Shown here in pieces: positions 59,938-64,000 of a stretch of 64,000 nt of DNA. The notes under the pieces were generated by a model. It saw only the letters and a list, made by a program, of their open reading frames with translations. It did no database searches and was not told where the DNA came from. Both the position numbers and the translations under genes were made by a program. Position 1 is the stretch's first letter; each line of letters starts with the position of its first letter. Origin of the DNA: Callorhinchus milii (Eukaryota); assembly GCF_018977255.1 (NCBI RefSeq), contig NW_024704742.1, positions 13,456,001-13,520,000 of the forward strand, given 5' to 3'.

Positions 59938-60117
59938 GTAGGGACCCAGGTACAGCATCGGTCACCAGGTCACAGGCTGAGCAAGAAACACACACACCTC
60001 ACAATGTGACCATTGTACACTGTATACGTATATCCTGTAGGCACTTTGTATATACTGTGTATGTATCACAGTGCAGATTGTACACACACAGTGTATACAC
60101 ATCACTGTAATTCTTGT

Positions 60118-61449
60118 TATAATCCCCTCCAATCCGGCTTCCGCGCTGCCCACAGCACGGAAACAGCCCTGGTCAAAGTCACTAATGACATTCATCTGTG
60201 ATCAGGGCTCCCTCTGCCTCCTTGTCCTCCTCGACCTTTCTGTCGCCTTCGACACTATCGACCACTCCATCCTCATACACCGCCTCTCCTCTTTACTCAG
60301 TCTTCACGGACCTGCCCTTGCCTGGTTCGATTCCTTTCTCTCTCACCATCTCCACTTTGTTGCCTCTTACCGGTTTCTCGTCCAGCCCCCGCACTGTCAC
60401 ATTTGGCGTCCCTCAGGGCTCTGTCCTTGGCCCTCTCCTCTTTAATACCTACATGCTCCCCCTTGGTGACATCATCCGCAGACATGGGGTCAACTTCCTT
60501 ATATATGCGGATGACACCCAGTTCTATCTTTCTGCTTCCACCCTCAACTCCAGGACCACAGGACCAGGACATCAAATCCTGGATGAGGGCAAATTTCCAA
60601 CAGTTGAATGTGAACAAGACTGAGGCCCTCCCGATTGGCTCGCGCCAGCGCCTCAACACCTCAGGCTCTGGCAGCATCAACCTCCATGGTTGCACACTAC
60701 AACTCACCAAGCCAGTCAGGAACCTCGGTGTCTTGTTCGACCCTCAACTGTCTTTTCTTCCCCACATCCAAACCATGACCTGCTCTGCCTTCCCTCACTT
60801 CCATAACATCGCCCGACTCCGCCACTACTTCACCTCTCAGGTCGCTGAAACTCTTGTTCATGCCTTCATCATCTCCAGGCTCGACTGTGCAAACGCCCTG
60901 CTTGTCGGCCTTCCCAACTCCTCCCTCCACAGGCTGCAGATAATCCAGAACTCTACAGCCCGTGTCCTCTCCCGCACCAAACTCCGTGACCCCATTCTCG
61001 CCCAACTCCATTGGCTGCCTATCCTTCAGAGGATCCAGTTCAAAATCCTGGCCCTCACCTACAGAGCCCTCCATGGCCTCACCCCACCCTATCTCTGTGA
61101 CCTCCTACCCCCTACTAACCCGCCCGCTCCCTCCGCTCAGCTGGCTCCGGCCTGCTCCATGTCCCCCGACCCACCCGCCCCACCATAAGTGGGAGAGCCT
61201 TCAGCCACTCTGCCCCCAACCTCTAGAATTCCATCCCCCAATCACTCCGCTTCGCCCCCTCCTTAGCCTCCTTCAAGTCTCGCCTCACAACCCTCTTCGA
61301 CCATACCATCGGCCACCCCCTTCCCCTCCCTTCCCTTCTCCCCCACTGACCCCAGCTTGGGTCTGAAATGCTGTACTCTATCCAGCACCTTGGGACGTCC
61401 TCCCGACGTGAAAGGCGCTATACAAATGTAATCTTCTTGTTGTTGTTAT
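60118..61449 (+). mobile_element. 5'-truncated L2 LINE (RT and tail)
   Basis: [46 protein letters not shown]; stem-loop tail. Confidence 0.95.
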
Positions 61450-61520
61450 TGATAATGAACAATTTGATTCTGCCAGAGACAGAGTTGGAGACATGCCAAG
61501 TCTGCTCTGTTGGTTCCTAG

Positions 61521-61762
61521 GTAACAGCAGACCCGTCAGCTACAAAGCAGCCAAACTCGACAAAGGAAGCTCGTGCCAGTCAAAGGAGGTGATCAGTCCT
61601 GAGGTGCTGAAGATGAGAGCTGCATTATTCTGCATTTTCACTTACCTGGACACCAAGACCTTGCTCCGAGCAGCAGAGGTTTCTCGAGATTGGAAGTATG
61701 TGGCCAGACACCCCGCGGTGTGGACACGAGTCTTGCTGGAGAACGCGAGGGTCTCTCCCAAG
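61521..61762 (+). CDS. FBXO41: FBXO41 F-box exon (EVISPEVLKMRAALFCIFTYLDTKTLLRAAEVSRDWKYVARHPAVWTRVLLENARVSPK)
   Basis: Acceptor ggttcctag|GT, donor AAG|GTACAC, phase 1/0; F-box consensus. Confidence 0.96.
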
Positions 61763-62040
61763 GTACACACTGCACAAAGGGTAAACACTGCTGCAGGTGC
61801 ACACTGCCCCAGGTGCACAAAGCCACAGGTACACACTGCACAGTTGGAACTGGTACACCAGTGCAGCCCTGGGCATTGCACAACTCACTCACTACATCCA
61901 CAGGAGAAGCTGTGCTGTTACAGGGGATCAGTTACAGTGTGTTATTACTAGAGGCTCAGTAGTAGTGTGTTATTACTAGGGGCTCAGTAATAATGTGTTA
62001 TTACTAGGGGCTCAGTTATAGTGTGTTATTACTGTGACAG

Positions 62041-62365
62041 GTGGAATCCTGTAGCTCAGTAGCTAGAGCACTCGCTCCTCGAGAGGAGCTGGGTTTGATT
62101 CCCAGGAAGGGCGAAACATTCAACAAGTTTCCTTACTCCACATGCCTTTGTTTACCAAGCAGTAAGTAGGAACCCAGTTATTAGTTGATTAATAATAATA
62201 ATTTAGTGACTCAATCCACCACTGTTTGTAGGACACTGCTGTGCGCAATTGGCTGCCACGTTTCACCCACAAAAGACACAGTCAATTCACTTAACAGTAT
62301 ATTCTGTGAAGTATATTCTCAAAAGACGTGATAAGACACTATTAAATGCAAGAAATATTATTATA
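62041..62365 (+). mobile_element. Long-form SINE ending ~14 nt before an FBXO41 acceptor
   Basis: gtggaatcctgtagctcagt head through aaatgcaagaaatattattat tail. Confidence 0.9.
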
Positions 62366-62379
62366 TTGCTGTATTTCAG

Positions 62380-62495
62380 TTCATGATGACTCTGTCTCAG
62401 TGGTGCACACAGACGCACTCGCTCACTCTGCAGAATGTCAAGCCTCGGCCAAAGGGGAAGAAAGAGAGTAAGGAGGAATATCTGAGGAACACACA
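62380..62495 (+). CDS. FBXO41: FBXO41 exon ([38 protein letters not shown])
   Basis: Acceptor gtatttcag|TTC, donor CA|GTAAGT, phase 0/2; matches the post-F-box segment of FBXO41. Confidence 0.95.
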
Positions 62496-62725
62496 GTAAG
62501 TCTCCAGTCTTTTGATCAGTGATCAGAGGGTAAAAGGTATAAAAATTGATATAAGTATTTAAATGGTGTACTAGAGTCACAGAATGATATGGTATGGTAA
62601 CTGGCCACTCGGCCAACTGGGGCATGGGGTGGTGATAGGTGCACCCTGACAGGTGCACCCTGACAGGCACACAATGACAGGCACATTACTGACAGGCACA
62701 CAGTGATGGGCACACAGTGACAGGG

Positions 62726-63180
62726 ACAACAACAACAAATGATATATATACACAGCGCTTTTCACATCGGGAGGATGTCCCAAGGCGCAGGACAGTGAGC
62801 GATTTGAACTCGAGCAGGGGTTTGGGATCAGGAGGGATGGAAGGCAGGGAAGATAGGGGTATGAAGGTGACAGAGGGCACGGTCGAAGCGAGATGAAGTG
62901 ACCATGGGATAGAGTTCCAAAGAGTGGGGGTAGGAGAGGCTGAAGGCCTGACCGCCGATGGTAGGGTGGGCCAGGCGGGTGGGGGACATGGAGCAGGCCA
63001 GATTCTGCTGAGCGGAGGGAGTGGACAGGTTGAAAAGGGGTTAGCAGGTCACAGAGGTAAGGGGGAGCAAGGCCATGGAGGGCCGTGAAGGCGAGGATGA
63101 GGATTTTCAACTCTATCTTCTGAGGAACGGGGAGCCAGTGGAGTCGGGTGAGCATGGTGGTGATGGGGGTCATTGTGTCA
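62726..63180 (-). mobile_element. L2 3' fragment
   Basis: LHWLPVPQKIELKILIL...HGLAPPYL; tail at 62726. Confidence 0.9.
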
Positions 63181-63368
63181 AGGACACGGGGTGGAATGTG
63201 CGAGTATTGACTGAAGCCTCAGGGTGACTCTGTGGCTCCTGTTTGGCGCCAGCTGCTTTGTGGGTTATCTCAGGCAGGTCGCTGAACCCAACACGTTGGA
63301 CATTGATAGTCACATGTCACAAGTCCTGCCGCTGGTCACTAAAACCAACATGCTTCCCTCTGTGCCAG

Positions 63369-63521
63369 TGGCTCCCTGGAGATGGGGCTGGAGTCGATGC
63401 TCAAAGCTGCAGGACCCAATCTGCTCATTCTAAAGATTTCCCACTGTCCGACTCTCCTGACTGACCGCTCATTGTGGCTAGCTAGCTGTTACTGTCGTGC
63501 CCTGCAAGCCGTGACATATAG
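63369..63521 (+). CDS. FBXO41: FBXO41 exon, LRR-like region (GSLEMGLESMLKAAGPNLLILKISHCPTLLTDRSLWLASCYCRALQAVTY)
   Basis: Acceptor ttccctctgtgccag|T, donor AG|GTGAGT, phase 2/2; near-identical to the FBXO41 motif as I recall it. Confidence 0.95.
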
Positions 63522-63549
63522 GTGAGTGTGCGAGAGTGCCAGTGTGAGT

Positions 63550-64000
63550 ATGTGCCTCCACTACTTCGCCCTCCTCACACACAACACTGTTGAAACCCTT
63601 ATCCATGCTTTCATGCCTCGATTATTCCTCCGTCTCCCAACTCCACTGTTCACAACATCCAACCGATTCAGAACTCCACTCCCATATCCTCACATTCTAA
63701 ACTCCGTACCCCTTCAGCGCAGTCCTCGCCAGGTACCACTGGCTCCCCATTGAACCAGTCCTCGACAGACTACACTGGCTCCCTATTACACGCACTAAAC
63801 TCCGTAACCCCATCACCCCAGTCCTCATCTCCACAAACGGTTTCTCCTCTAGCCCCCGCACTGTCTTGTGCGGTGTTCCTCTGGGCTGTGCCCTTGGTCC
63901 CGTCCTCTTCAATAGGGAAAGGGAAAAAGGAGGTTGCAATACTCATTAGGGATACGGTCACGGTCCTGGAAAAGGACGATGTGTCAGAGGGTCCAAAAAT
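63550..64000 (+). mobile_element. Degenerate L2 fragments followed by a probable CR1 APE fragment (~63915-64000)
   Basis: ETLIHAF, LHWLP and GVPLGCALGP remnants; EVAILIRD at the window edge. Confidence 0.6.

Noticed and set aside
61925..62035. Short local tandem repeats (28-bp x4 here; also 55400-55470, 57555-57730, 62640-62725)
   Set aside because: Ordinary intronic minisatellites with no further structure.

Overview
Vertebrate genomic DNA. The repeat families suggest a cartilaginous fish, possibly a chimaera; this is inference, not a database result. Two spliced genes lie head-to-head. CDC37L1 is on the minus strand with three 5' coding exons (10150-10251, 6031-6312, 1838-1940); the rest lies beyond the left edge. 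FBXO41 or a close paralog is on the plus strand with seven phase-consistent coding exons from 44458 to 63521 (C2H2-like finger, coiled coil, F-box, start of the LRR-like region), and continues beyond the right edge. The ~34 kb between the start codons, and the introns, are a patchwork of simple satellites with two assembly gaps. Nested in them are three CR1 LINEs (one near full length), many L2 fragments (one keeping the 5' end and an open APE domain), about 20 copies of a tRNA-derived SINE that shares its 3' stem-loop with the L2, and a Penelope-like foldback with hammerhead-ribozyme remnants. Nearly all long ORFs in the track are low-complexity artefacts. I see no clearly new biological system. 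The best leads are stepwise SINE/L2 tail co-evolution, a probable single-ORF L2, uORFs and repeat-derived alternative splice donors in FBXO41, a local templated insertion, and satellite inversions.
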